Source: Solirubrobacteraceae bacterium (GTDB lineage Bacteria; Actinomycetota; Thermoleophilia; Solirubrobacterales; Solirubrobacteraceae). Taken from it: a stretch of 64,000 bases of DNA. The position numbers and the translations under genes were made by a program. The DNA lies in assembly GCA_035570415.1 (NCBI GenBank), contig DATMLP010000009.1, positions 10,644-74,643 of the forward strand, read 5' to 3'. The notes beneath the pieces are model-generated. The model saw only the letters and a program-made list of their open reading frames with translations. It was not told where the DNA came from and did no database searches. This document shows positions 17,135 to 25,620 of this stretch, piece by piece (within the stretch, counting starts at the first letter, position 1; each line of letters opens with the position of its first letter).

Positions 17135-20100
17135 TCACCCAAGCAGTTCGCGCGCGGTGCCAAGCTGGAGCTGGTAGCGACCCCGGTATTCTTCGGCGGG
17201 CCGCTCGATTTCGTCGATCCATTCACCGTAATTGGAGGGGTCGGAGCCGAAGTGGCGGTCGGCCATCTGGCTCTTGACGGCGAGCGCCTGGTCGATGAAC
17301 CACTTCAACTGCAACGCCGGGTCGTGCGGGTAGCCGGCGTATTGGCCGTTGTCCCACACGCTGGTGCGCATCTGGAAGTACCCGAGCGAGTCGCGGTCGC
17401 CGAAGGAGTCGTTGTGGAGACTCGACTCGACCAGCGATGCCATCACCGGCAGCTCGCGCGGCAGCCCGTGCTTCTGCGCAATGTCGCCCATCCACTGCGC
17501 GATGTCGGCCTTCGGCGCATTGTCGCCGGGGTAGGGGATCGTGCCCGACGCCAGGTCGCTCGCTCCGACGACGGCGTCGGCCCCTCCCCCAGTGCCAGGT
17601 GCGGCTTCGGCGGCGCCGCCTGGGCCGGGCGCTGTGTCGGCGGCGCTCCCCGTGCCGGGGGCCGCTTCGGCGGCGCTCCCGCTTCCCGGCGCGCCCGCCG
17701 CGGTGGAAGCGCCGGCGGGCTGAGTCGCGGCTTGGTCGACGGCAGCCTGAACCTGGGGCGAGGCATTCGAAGACGGCTGGACCGCCTGGAGGAATTTCAC
17801 CGTGTGCAGGGAGGCCCCCGAAACGTGCGGCGACGCGGCACTGAAAACACCCGTACCCGATTGGACGGGTGGCACTCCAGCGACCTGGGCGCCACCGGGT
17901 ACTTCGGCGCCGGAGGCCACCGCCGCGCCCGCGCCCGGCGCGGGGCTGCCGGCTGCGGCCGCGCCAGCGCCAGGAGCGCCACCGGGGATCGCGGCGGCAC
18001 CGGGCACAGACGCCGCCGATGGGACCACCGAGGGCGAGGACGCACCTCCTGGAGCACCACCAGCCGCAACCACGCCTCCCGGAGCGCCACCGGGCGCCTG
18101 GACCTGAGGGAGCACGGCAGCATACTGCGGTCGCACCGCACCGGTTACTTCGCTCGGCGAATAGGTGTGTTCGGTGACGTTGTTTTCGTAGTTGCCCGCG
18201 ATCGTGTGGATCCCTTCGCCGTCGACCTTCACGACCATCGCCACGTGCTCGCTGCCGCCGAAAGTGACGAGATCGCCAGGGCGCACGGCGCCGATCGGCA
18301 GGATGCCTTTCTCAAAAGGCCCTTCGCCGTTCTTGGCCATCTCCAGGATCGAAGCGACCGACGCGATCGAGTCGGGCACTTTCAGCCCCGCGTGCTCCAG
18401 CGCGTGGCCGACGAAAATGCCACACCAGGGAGCGCCGTGGAAGCCGAACGCCCCCTCGAAGCGATTGAGCGCGGGCCCCACGTTTTCGCCTTCGCTCTCC
18501 GGCAGCTTGTGCAGCATCGAGTGCGCCCACGAAAGGGCCACGGCGGCGCCGCTCTCGCTACGCGCCTGCGGAGCCGCAAATGCCTCCACCGCTGGGGCCG
18601 GCGTGGCGTAAACCGCCCCGTCGGGTGACGCGGAGATCGCGGGCGAGGCCGCGCCCGCGCCAGGTGACGCGGAGAACGCAGCAGCGCCGGGCGCCGCTCC
18701 GGCGGGAGGAGCCTGGTAGTCGCCGACCGAGGTGAACGCGAGATGCAGTCGATTCTCGTGCTGGGCGTCGGTGAAAAAGCCCTGCGACTGGATTGGCCAC
18801 GGCGTGCCGATCTCGCTGGGGCGCACGCCCGGTTCCAGCGCCGCGATCTCCGTGATCAGATCGCGGGCGGCCACATTGCCGGGGCCGACCGGCTGTCCGT
18901 CGACGGAGACGATGTCGATCGCCTGCGCGTGCACAGGTTCGGTGGTCGTCTCGATGTCGCCGATCACGATGTTGTGGTGGGCCACCGCACTGTCGAGCAC
19001 CGACACGATCCGGGGGTCAACGTTGCCCTGCGCGAAGATCGTCCGCACGTCCGGCGGCAGCGCCAGGTGCGGGCTGTTCAACAGCTCGGCCAGCCCGGGC
19101 GAGCCCGTTCCGGTGGTGGGAAGGGCGGGCGCCTGCCCCGCGAGGTCTGCCACCTGAGCCGCCGCTGCGCCGCCGCCGGCCGGAGTTTGCGCGGGTTCCG
19201 GCCAGACCGGCACGGCGCCGCCGGCGGCCGGCTGCGCGCCCGGCGCCGGGGGGGTTGGCGGTGGCACCGGCGTCCCGGCCCCACCGCCTGCCGGCGCGCC
19301 TCCCCCACCGACGGGCTGCGATGGAGCGGGCGTCCCGGCCGGTGCCACTTCCGGTGCGCCGTGAGCGGGTACGGGGGTTACCGGCGCTCCCACCGCGGGT
19401 GCCTCGCCCGCGTTCGCGGCGGCAGCCGCGCCGCTGGGTGGGGGTGGCCCCCACGAGGAGCCACCCGAGCCGCTCGCGATCGAGCCGCCCGAAGCTGGAG
19501 CACCCGGTGACGCCGCCGCCTCGGCACCGCCCGGCGTGGCCGTCCCCGCGACGGCGCCACCAGGGGTGGACGCTCCCGGTGCGCCACCCGGAGCGGATGC
19601 GGCGGCCGACGTCGAGGCGGCGCCCCCCGGTGCCGCGCCCGCCGGTGCAGCTGTGCCAGCCGCGCCCCCCGGCGCGGCCGTGCCCGCGGCGGCGCCACCG
19701 GGTGCGCCAGTACCTGGCGCGGCCCCCGGGGCGCCCGACCCCGAGCTCTGCCCGGCCTCGTGGGCGAGTGCCGAGGCGCGCTCGGCCGCGCCCACCGGGT
19801 TGTGCGAGGCGCCGCTCAGCGGGTTCTCGGCGCGCAGCTCGGAGTGCAGGCTGCTGGCGGGGTGAAGCGGGTTGACGCCGCGCAGCGCGCGCTCGCCGGC
19901 GGCGCCCAGGTTGCCTTTGAGCAGTCCGTGCTCAACCAGGCCGTGCAGCTCCACCACGCCGATGCCCTCGGCCGCGACGGCCATCACCACGCCGGCGAGG
20001 CTCGACTTCGACTCGCGCACTTCCAGGGTGTGCATCGATTTGCCGCCCTCGCCGAGCTCGGTGGCGAGGTCGGCGAGGCCGAGCGTGCGGCAGGCGCCGG

Positions 20101-20218
20101 CGGGGTCCTTGCGGAACTCGGCGCGGAAATGGGCGTCCGCCAGCAGCCGTTCGATCAGCTGGCCGGCCTTCTGCGCGTAATCGTCAGCGGATGACACGGT
20201 TGACCTCCGTCGTCCCAT
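17135..20218 (-). CDS. Multi-domain peptidoglycan hydrolase (LAS/M15-like + CHAP + SLT-like lytic transglycosylase), no signal peptide seen
   Basis: CHAP module: GAPWCGIFVGHALEHAG...GDLVTFGGSEHVAMVV...IHTIAGNYENNVTEH. C-terminal SLT-like module: MASLVESSLHNDSFGDRDSLGYFQM. The central module with VHAQAIDIV...DAQHENRLHLAF resembles a LAS metallopeptidase (tentative). Long Ala/Pro/Gly linkers join the modules. The track start at 20659 runs out of frame over the upstream gene. I use the ATG at 20218 (MGRRRSTVSSADDYAQKAG). Confidence 0.75.
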   Translation of the reverse strand: MGRRRSTVSSADDYAQKAGQLIERLLADAHFRAEFRKDPAGACRTLGLADLATELGEGGKSMHTLEVRESKSSLAGVVMAVAAEGIGVVELHGLVEHGLLKGNLGAAGERALRGVNPLHPASSLHSELRAENPLSGASHNPVGAAERASALAHEAGQSSGSGAPGAAPGTGAPGGAAAGTAAPGGAAGTAAPAGAAPGGAASTSAAASAPGGAPGASTPGGAVAGTATPGGAEAAASPGAPASGGSIASGSGGSSWGPPPPSGAAAAANAGEAPAVGAPVTPVPAHGAPEVAPAGTPAPSQPVGGGGAPAGGGAGTPVPPPTPPAPGAQPAAGGAVPVWPEPAQTPAGGGAAAAQVADLAGQAPALPTTGTGSPGLAELLNSPHLALPPDVRTIFAQGNVDPRIVSVLDSAVAHHNIVIGDIETTTEPVHAQAIDIVSVDGQPVGPGNVAARDLITEIAALEPGVRPSEIGTPWPIQSQGFFTDAQHENRLHLAFTSVGDYQAPPAGAAPGAAAFSASPGAGAASPAISASPDGAVYATPAPAVEAFAAPQARSESGAAVALSWAHSMLHKLPESEGENVGPALNRFEGAFGFHGAPWCGIFVGHALEHAGLKVPDSIASVASILEMAKNGEGPFEKGILPIGAVRPGDLVTFGGSEHVAMVVKVDGEGIHTIAGNYENNVTEHTYSPSEVTGAVRPQYAAVLPQVQAPGGAPGGVVAAGGAPGGASSPSVVPSAASVPGAAAIPGGAPGAGAAAAGSPAPGAGAAVASGAEVPGGAQVAGVPPVQSGTGVFSAASPHVSGASLHTVKFLQAVQPSSNASPQVQAAVDQAATQPAGASTAAGAPGSGSAAEAAPGTGSAADTAPGPGGAAEAAPGTGGGADAVVGASDLASGTIPYPGDNAPKADIAQWMGDIAQKHGLPRELPVMASLVESSLHNDSFGDRDSLGYFQMRTSVWDNGQYAGYPHDPALQLKWFIDQALAVKSQMADRHFGSDPSNYGEWIDEIERPAEEYRGRYQLQLGTARELLG

Positions 20219-22181
20219 AGCGTAGCCGCCGCCACAGCGGCAGCCCGAGCGTGAGCCCGATGGGGATGAACAGCACGACCCAGAAGAGAATGAACACCGC
20301 GACCACCGCGCCGGGTGGCGCGATATGCACGAGCCGGTCGTAGTAGCGCGTGGAGAAGACCACCACGAACGCAGCCGCCAACACGGTCCACACCAGCGCG
20401 AAGATGCCGTAGCGCAGCAGCACCGGGGAGTCCTCGGCGCTTGGAGCGGCGCCGGACAGCCGCTGGGAGAGCTGGCGGCGGGCGCGCTGGCGCAGGCCCG
20501 GCTCGCGCAGCACGTCGACGAGGATGTGGTAGCCGTCGCGGTCGAGGAACGGGTTGAGGTTGAAGAACGCGCCGACGTAGGAGCCGAACGCGAGCTGGAA
20601 GAACACGTCGCGCACCGACCCCGCCGGCCACACCGCGCAGAGGAAGGAGAACAGCGCACCGAAGGAGAGGTCGGAGATCGGCCCGGCGGCGGAGATCACG
20701 ATGCGATGCGCGCGGGGCTCGAAATACGCCTCGGAGGTGTCGACGAAGGCGTAGGGGAACAGCAGGATCAACCGCAATCCGCCGCTGGCCGGCCGCCGGC
20801 CGTAGTGGACGAGCGCCATTCCGTGGGCCAGCTCGTGCACCATCACGAGGGCGAAGCGGCCGACGATGTAGACCGCGCCGCCGAGCACCAAACGGTTGGC
20901 GACGACAAACGGCGTGCCGTAGCGCGCGCCGACGATGTAGGAGAACGCGGCGAAGCCCGCGAGTGCAAACAGCGCGAGGAAGGTGAGCGTGAGCGGCGAG
21001 AAAAACAACCGGCCCCAGCGGCGGTAGGCACGTTCACAGCGCTCGCCCACCCAGTCGTAGGTGCGCTGGCGCGGCTGCAATATCCGCGCCAGACGGCTCC
21101 CGGAGGGCGCGGCTCCCGCCCTGTCGATCCTCGCCCCCTTCCTGGCCATCCGGCCCAGCTTCGCCTCGCCCTTCCCGATCTTCTGCATCCCCTTCGCCAG
21201 CGCCACGCGCTCCACCCCGCCGACCCCTCCTCCCGCCAGCGCCGCGCGCTCCATGCCAGATGCCAGCCCCTTACCTTCCTTGGCGGCACCGCCCACCCCG
21301 CCCTTGGCCGCACCTCCAGCGCCCGGACCACCGTACGCAGTACCACCCACGCCTCCTTGCACCGCGCCGCCCGCTCCCAAACCCGCCTGCCCCGCACCTC
21401 CCGCGGTCCCTGACGCGTGGCCATCCACCCCGACCACTCCGTCGAGCAGCCCCCTGTCCCCCAGCTCGGCGAGCAGGCGTGCGAGGCGGCCCGGGCCGGT
21501 TGGTCCGAGCGCGCGTTCGGCGGTGCCGAGCAGCTCCATCACGGTGTGGCTTCCGTCGAGCATTTCGAACAACGCCGCGTCCTCGGCGTCCATCCGCAGG
21601 AAGCCGCCGTCGCGCAGGTCGCGCAGCACGAAGCGCCGCTCGCCCTCGTCGGCGCCCAGCCGCTTGAGCGCCCAGCCGGAGCGCACGCGGGGCCGCATGC
21701 GGCCGTCCGGGATCGATCGGGCTCCCCCGGGTGCGCCGGGCGGGCTGGCGCCGGTGGCGGCGGCCGGACGCAGGCCGAGTTGGGTGGCGCCGACCGGCAT
21801 CACGACGGTCTCGCCCGCACCCGCCGGCAGCTCCTGTGCAAGCGGAGGCGGTGGGCCGTCGGAGTGGATCACGAGCATGACGTCGCCCACGCGGATCTCG
21901 CTGCCCACGCGAAGTGGCCGCGGCTCGGTGACCGCCGCGCCGTCGAGCAGCGTGCCGAAACGCGAGCCGGTGTCCTCCAGCAACGGCCCGGCAGGGCCGG
22001 GGAGGATGCGGGCGTGGGCGCGTGAGACGGTCGGGGCGAGAATCCGCACGGTGGCCTGCTCGCCGCGGCCGATCGTCAGCTCGCCCGCGATCGGCACCCG
22101 CGAGCCGTCCGGCAGCACCAGCACCAGTGACTCCGACGTGGCGGTGGCACCCGGCACGGAGAGCCTGCGGGTGTCAGCCAT
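20184..22181 (-). CDS. FHA-domain / M50-like membrane metalloprotease fusion
   Basis: N-terminal FHA (LTIGRGEQATVRILAPTVSRAHARI...GSRFGTLLDG...IRVGDVMLVI). Next a cNMP-binding-like segment (RFVLRDLRDGGFLRMDAEDAALFEMLDG), then a Gly-rich spacer. The C-terminal polytopic region carries HELAHGMALVHYG and FPYAFVDTSEAY (site-2-protease/M50-like). ATG with GGAG upstream. Confidence 0.75.
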   Translation of the reverse strand: MADTRRLSVPGATATSESLVLVLPDGSRVPIAGELTIGRGEQATVRILAPTVSRAHARILPGPAGPLLEDTGSRFGTLLDGAAVTEPRPLRVGSEIRVGDVMLVIHSDGPPPPLAQELPAGAGETVVMPVGATQLGLRPAAATGASPPGAPGGARSIPDGRMRPRVRSGWALKRLGADEGERRFVLRDLRDGGFLRMDAEDAALFEMLDGSHTVMELLGTAERALGPTGPGRLARLLAELGDRGLLDGVVGVDGHASGTAGGAGQAGLGAGGAVQGGVGGTAYGGPGAGGAAKGGVGGAAKEGKGLASGMERAALAGGGVGGVERVALAKGMQKIGKGEAKLGRMARKGARIDRAGAAPSGSRLARILQPRQRTYDWVGERCERAYRRWGRLFFSPLTLTFLALFALAGFAAFSYIVGARYGTPFVVANRLVLGGAVYIVGRFALVMVHELAHGMALVHYGRRPASGGLRLILLFPYAFVDTSEAYFEPRAHRIVISAAGPISDLSFGALFSFLCAVWPAGSVRDVFFQLAFGSYVGAFFNLNPFLDRDGYHILVDVLREPGLRQRARRQLSQRLSGAAPSAEDSPVLLRYGIFALVWTVLAAAFVVVFSTRYYDRLVHIAPPGAVVAVFILFWVVLFIPIGLTLGLPLWRRLRYGTTEVNRVIR

Positions 22182-22262
22182 GGAGCAGCTCCGGGGTCAC
22201 GGTGGCACCGGGCACAGGGCGCCGGCGGTCGCCAGAGAGCCGGCGGGTGTCAGCCATGGAGC
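22143..22262 (-). repeat. Duplicated copy of the FHA-gene start region, creating a 27-codon relay uORF
   Basis: The sequence ggtggcacc.ggcac...gagagcc.gcgggtgtcagccatggagc occurs at 22143-22186 and again at 22201-22262, the second time with an 18-nt insertion. Each copy carries ATGGCTGACACCCGC. Confidence 0.8.
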
Positions 22263-24895
22263 GTCACCGGCTGCCACGCCGGGTGTGAGGCGCCGGTCGC
22301 GATCACGGTCTCGACCGACGGGTTGGCGGGCGAGATCGTCACGATGTTGCCGGTCGGGTCCTGGCAGGGAGAGTCGGCCTGCATCACCGCCAGCTCTTCG
22401 CCGTCGGAGCGCCAGCTCACCTGGCAGGCGGCGACCGGCAGCGCCTTGGCCTGGGCGAGCGTGAATTCGTCGGCGGGCGCGAGGTAGAGGTGAAAGCCGC
22501 CGCCGCCGAAGTTGGCGATCAGCGCGAGCTGCTTGCCGTTGGGCGAAAACACCCCCGCGATCACCCCTTCGTTGGTGTGCGCGTCGCTGGTGACGAGCGT
22601 CCCGTGCCCCCAGTTGGAGGCCTGGGTGGAGAACGGGACGTTGGAGACGAACTCGATCAAACCGAACGTCCCGGGGTGACCGGTTTGCACCCCGAACACG
22701 AGCAGCGACGAGCCGTCCGGCGCCCACGAGATCTGGCGGCCGAGTTCCCAGCCCGGGTGGGAGGTGCAGTCGGGAGCCAGCACGTACGGCCCGATCGTCG
22801 CGAAGCACAGCTGCGATGAGCCGCCGTGGTCTTCGACGTAGGCGAGGATGTTGGCTTTGGTGGTGGGGGCAAACGCGGGGTCGTGGGCATCGGCTTCGGT
22901 GCCGGTGAGCCCGACCGGCTGGGCGCCCGACTTGCCGGCCGCCAGCAGCTCCAGGCCGTTGCCCTGGCGGTAGACGAGGTGGGAGCCGTCGATGCTCCAC
23001 GACGCCTCCTCCTGGCTCTGCGTGGAGGTCGGAACCTTCACCACCGGCTTGCCGCTCGCGCCGTCCACGACCTGCACGGCGGTGCCGTTGTCGTAGGAGA
23101 GGTCGGGGAAGCCGGCGGACACGAGCACCGCGACCTTCGTGCCGGCCTTCACCTTCGTGCCCGCCGACGGGGAGCTGCCGATCAGCGCGCCCTTGGCGGC
23201 GGAGGCGAAGCGTTCGGAGGTGGAGGGCACCAGCCCGAGCTGGGAGAGCGCCGCGGCGGCCGCGGTGGGGGCGCCGCTGAGCTTGGGGATCGTCACCGCG
23301 CCGCCCTTCCCGGCCGCGGCGGCCCCGGCAGCGCCCGCCGCCGCTCCCGCCGCGGCCGCGCCTGCCGCCTTCGCGGCGCCACCGGCCTTGCCGGGGGGGG
23401 CGAGGAACACCGCGACCGGCGTGCCGGCCGGCACGGTTTCGTTGGCGGCCGGAATCTGGGAGGCGATCTTGCCGGTGGGGTTCACCGGCTGCGGGGAGAT
23501 CGCTCCCAGCGCCACCCCGGCGGTGCGCAGCGCCCCCGCGGCGGTGACGGGCGTCAGTCCAATCACCGAGGGCACCTTGTCCTTGCCCGTGCCCTTGGCC
23601 ACCTCGATCGTGACGAGCGAGCCCTTCTTGACGTGCTTGCCGGCGGCGGGCGACTGTTCGACGATCGTGCCCGGCCGGACTTCCGGCTTGGTCACCTCGC
23701 CGACCTGGGGGGAGAGCTTCAGGCCGGCTTCGCCCAGGAGCTTCTGCGCGGCAAACACGCTCGACGCCTTCTCCAGGTTGGGCACCGTGGTCTTCTTCGG
23801 CAGCAGCAACAGGAGCGCCACCACGGCGAGCGCGACGAGCGGGGCGACGATCGACAGCCACCACGGCAGCCACGCCCGCTGGCGGTAAACCGCGGCGCGC
23901 GGCGGCGAGGGCTGGTCTGAGCCCACGGGCGTGGCCGTCACCCCCAGGCGCCGATCGTGCGGGCGCCCAATCCAGTGCTGGCGCGGCGGGAAAACGGTGA
24001 ACGGCGCCTCGATCGCCTGCCCGGGCTCCACCGCGATCGTGGGCTCGGCGAAGCGGAAATGACATTCGTCGTCGGCGTCTTCGGCGGCCACCGCTACGTC
24101 GGTGGGGGCGTTGGCGCGGTTGTGCACGGTGAGCACGAAGCGGGCTTTCAAACGGCCGGAGGCCCGCTCTGGCCGAAGTTCGCTGGCCACGTCCTGGTAG
24201 GGACCGATCGTCACCGTCGCGGGCGCGCGCGCCACCTCGGAGCCGTACGCGCGCGAGGTGGCCGTCACCTCCAGCGGCCACGCCCCCGCGAGCGCCTCGG
24301 GCGCGCGCGGGGGATGCAGGATGATCTGGACCTCCTGCTCATAGATGCCGCCGGCGCCGTAGGGGACCAGATAGGCGGTGGGTGGTGTCACCGTCCACCA
24401 CCCGTCGGGCATCCCGGCGACGGCGATGTCGTAGTTGTCGACGATCGCTCCCTGGTTGCGGATCAGCCCGAGGATCGTGACGCGCCCGCCCGGGTCGACC
24501 CGCACCTCGACGGGACCCTCGACCGGGCCTTCGTCCTCGGGCCGGCGCAGCAGCAGCGATGCCACCCCCGGAGGCGCCTCGGCGCGGGCCGGCGCCACGT
24601 CCGCGCCGGCGGGAGGCGAGGCGAAGGCGCCAGCTCCCGGCATTTGGTTGGGAGCGGCTCCGGTCGCCGGGGTGGGCGCGGCCCGGCTCCCCGCCGCGGC
24701 GCTCGGAGCGAGCGTGAGGTTGGGATCTCCCACCTCCCCCTTTCCCCCTGCCTCCGAGCCCGGCCCCGCAGCGGCGCCCCCCGGAGGCTTGACGGCTGAG
24801 ACGAACGACGTCGGCTCCCAACGCAGGTACTCGCCACACGCGCAGAAATCCGAGTCCTCGGCGTTCTCGCGCCCGCAGCTCTGGCAGATCCTCAC
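22250..24895 (-). CDS. Zn-ribbon / Ig-like / single-TM / 3x PASTA / TolB-like beta-propeller membrane protein
   Basis: 881 aa, GTG start. N-terminal MRICQSCGRENAEDSDFCACGEYL zinc ribbon. Two CARDB/Ig-like segments. One TM helix (WWLSIVAPLVALAVVALLLLL). Three PASTA-like units (VPNLEKASSVFAAQKLLGEAGLK..., VPSVIGLTPVTAAGALRTAGV..., IPKLSGAPTAAAAALSQLGLV...). C-terminal WD40-like/TolB-like repeats (SWSIDGSHLVYRQ, ISWAPDGSSLLVF, FSPNGKQLALI, VSWRSDGEELAV). Confidence 0.75.
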   Translation of the reverse strand: MRICQSCGRENAEDSDFCACGEYLRWEPTSFVSAVKPPGGAAAGPGSEAGGKGEVGDPNLTLAPSAAAGSRAAPTPATGAAPNQMPGAGAFASPPAGADVAPARAEAPPGVASLLLRRPEDEGPVEGPVEVRVDPGGRVTILGLIRNQGAIVDNYDIAVAGMPDGWWTVTPPTAYLVPYGAGGIYEQEVQIILHPPRAPEALAGAWPLEVTATSRAYGSEVARAPATVTIGPYQDVASELRPERASGRLKARFVLTVHNRANAPTDVAVAAEDADDECHFRFAEPTIAVEPGQAIEAPFTVFPPRQHWIGRPHDRRLGVTATPVGSDQPSPPRAAVYRQRAWLPWWLSIVAPLVALAVVALLLLLPKKTTVPNLEKASSVFAAQKLLGEAGLKLSPQVGEVTKPEVRPGTIVEQSPAAGKHVKKGSLVTIEVAKGTGKDKVPSVIGLTPVTAAGALRTAGVALGAISPQPVNPTGKIASQIPAANETVPAGTPVAVFLAPPGKAGGAAKAAGAAAAGAAAGAAGAAAAGKGGAVTIPKLSGAPTAAAAALSQLGLVPSTSERFASAAKGALIGSSPSAGTKVKAGTKVAVLVSAGFPDLSYDNGTAVQVVDGASGKPVVKVPTSTQSQEEASWSIDGSHLVYRQGNGLELLAAGKSGAQPVGLTGTEADAHDPAFAPTTKANILAYVEDHGGSSQLCFATIGPYVLAPDCTSHPGWELGRQISWAPDGSSLLVFGVQTGHPGTFGLIEFVSNVPFSTQASNWGHGTLVTSDAHTNEGVIAGVFSPNGKQLALIANFGGGGFHLYLAPADEFTLAQAKALPVAACQVSWRSDGEELAVMQADSPCQDPTGNIVTISPANPSVETVIATGASHPAWQPVTLHG

Positions 24896-24959
24896 AAGCC
24901 CTCCCCCTCACGAACCAGCCGAGGTGGCGGCGCGGGCGGCAACGAGGATCGAGCGGCCC

Positions 24960-25613
24960 TCACGGACCCTCCTCCTTCGCGCGGGCCCGTGGCGCCTTCA
25001 CGCGCAGGCGAAAGCCGGTGTGGGCAGGCTTGGAGCGTTCGATCAGGCGCGCGATCGCCGCCTGCGTGTCCTCCGGCACGGGCTGCTCGCAGTACACCAC
25101 GAACGATGGGCGACCCACGGGCGGGGGCGTGTCGGGCTCGGTCGACCACGACACGCCGCCGCCATCCTCGATGCGGAACGGCACACCGGGGAACGCAAGC
25201 TCCAGCGCCAGCTCCAGCCCCGCGCGCGTGCCCCGCAGGCGCAGCAGCTCGGCGGCGCCCCGCACCAGCTCGCGGCGCTCCTCGCCGAGACGGAACTCGT
25301 CGCGTTCCTGGCCGAGCCACGCGGCCAGCAGCTCGAGCACGTCGGGGGGAGCGTGGCGGGGGTCGAAGTGGGCCGGGAGGTTGTCCAGCAGCGCCACCAC
25401 CGGGTCCAGCAGGTGCTCCAGCGCGCCGACGAAGCGCATCCCGAAGTCCCCCTCGCGGTAGACCGCCGGCAGCCCGGTTCGCAGGTAAGCGCGAGCGGAC
25501 ACCGGCGCCGGCGGGGGATCCTCGCCCACCACGCGCCGCATCTGGATCGTCCCGAAGCCGCCGCCCGCGAACGTGCGCCCGTTGCCATCGCCGTTTGGGT
25601 GCTCGCTCGCCAC
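24960..25613 (-). CDS. CIS baseplate protein, phage P2 tail protein I-like
   Basis: LPAVYREGDFGMRFVGALEHLLDPVVALLDNLPAHFDPRHAPPDVLELLAAWLGQE...RRELVRGAAELLRLRGTRAGLELAL matches the phage-tail-protein-I domain pattern. Directly downstream of baseplate J. Confidence 0.8.
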   Translation of the reverse strand: MASEHPNGDGNGRTFAGGGFGTIQMRRVVGEDPPPAPVSARAYLRTGLPAVYREGDFGMRFVGALEHLLDPVVALLDNLPAHFDPRHAPPDVLELLAAWLGQERDEFRLGEERRELVRGAAELLRLRGTRAGLELALELAFPGVPFRIEDGGGVSWSTEPDTPPPVGRPSFVVYCEQPVPEDTQAAIARLIERSKPAHTGFRLRVKAPRARAKEEGP

Positions 25614-25620
25614 CGCTCTA

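Noticed and set aside
20219-20659. N-terminal 147-codon extension of the hydrolase ORF (track start 20659)
   Set aside because: Ser/Cys/Arg-rich nonsense that runs out of frame through the well-supported C-terminal TM region of the FHA-M50 gene. The ATG at 20218 gives a sensible N-terminus.
22197-24281. 694-aa minus-strand ORF overlapping the PASTA/beta-propeller gene
   Set aside because: Extremely Arg/Gly/Pro-rich off-frame translation with no motifs. The alternative frame (22250..24895) has a zinc ribbon, TM helix, PASTA and propeller motifs.
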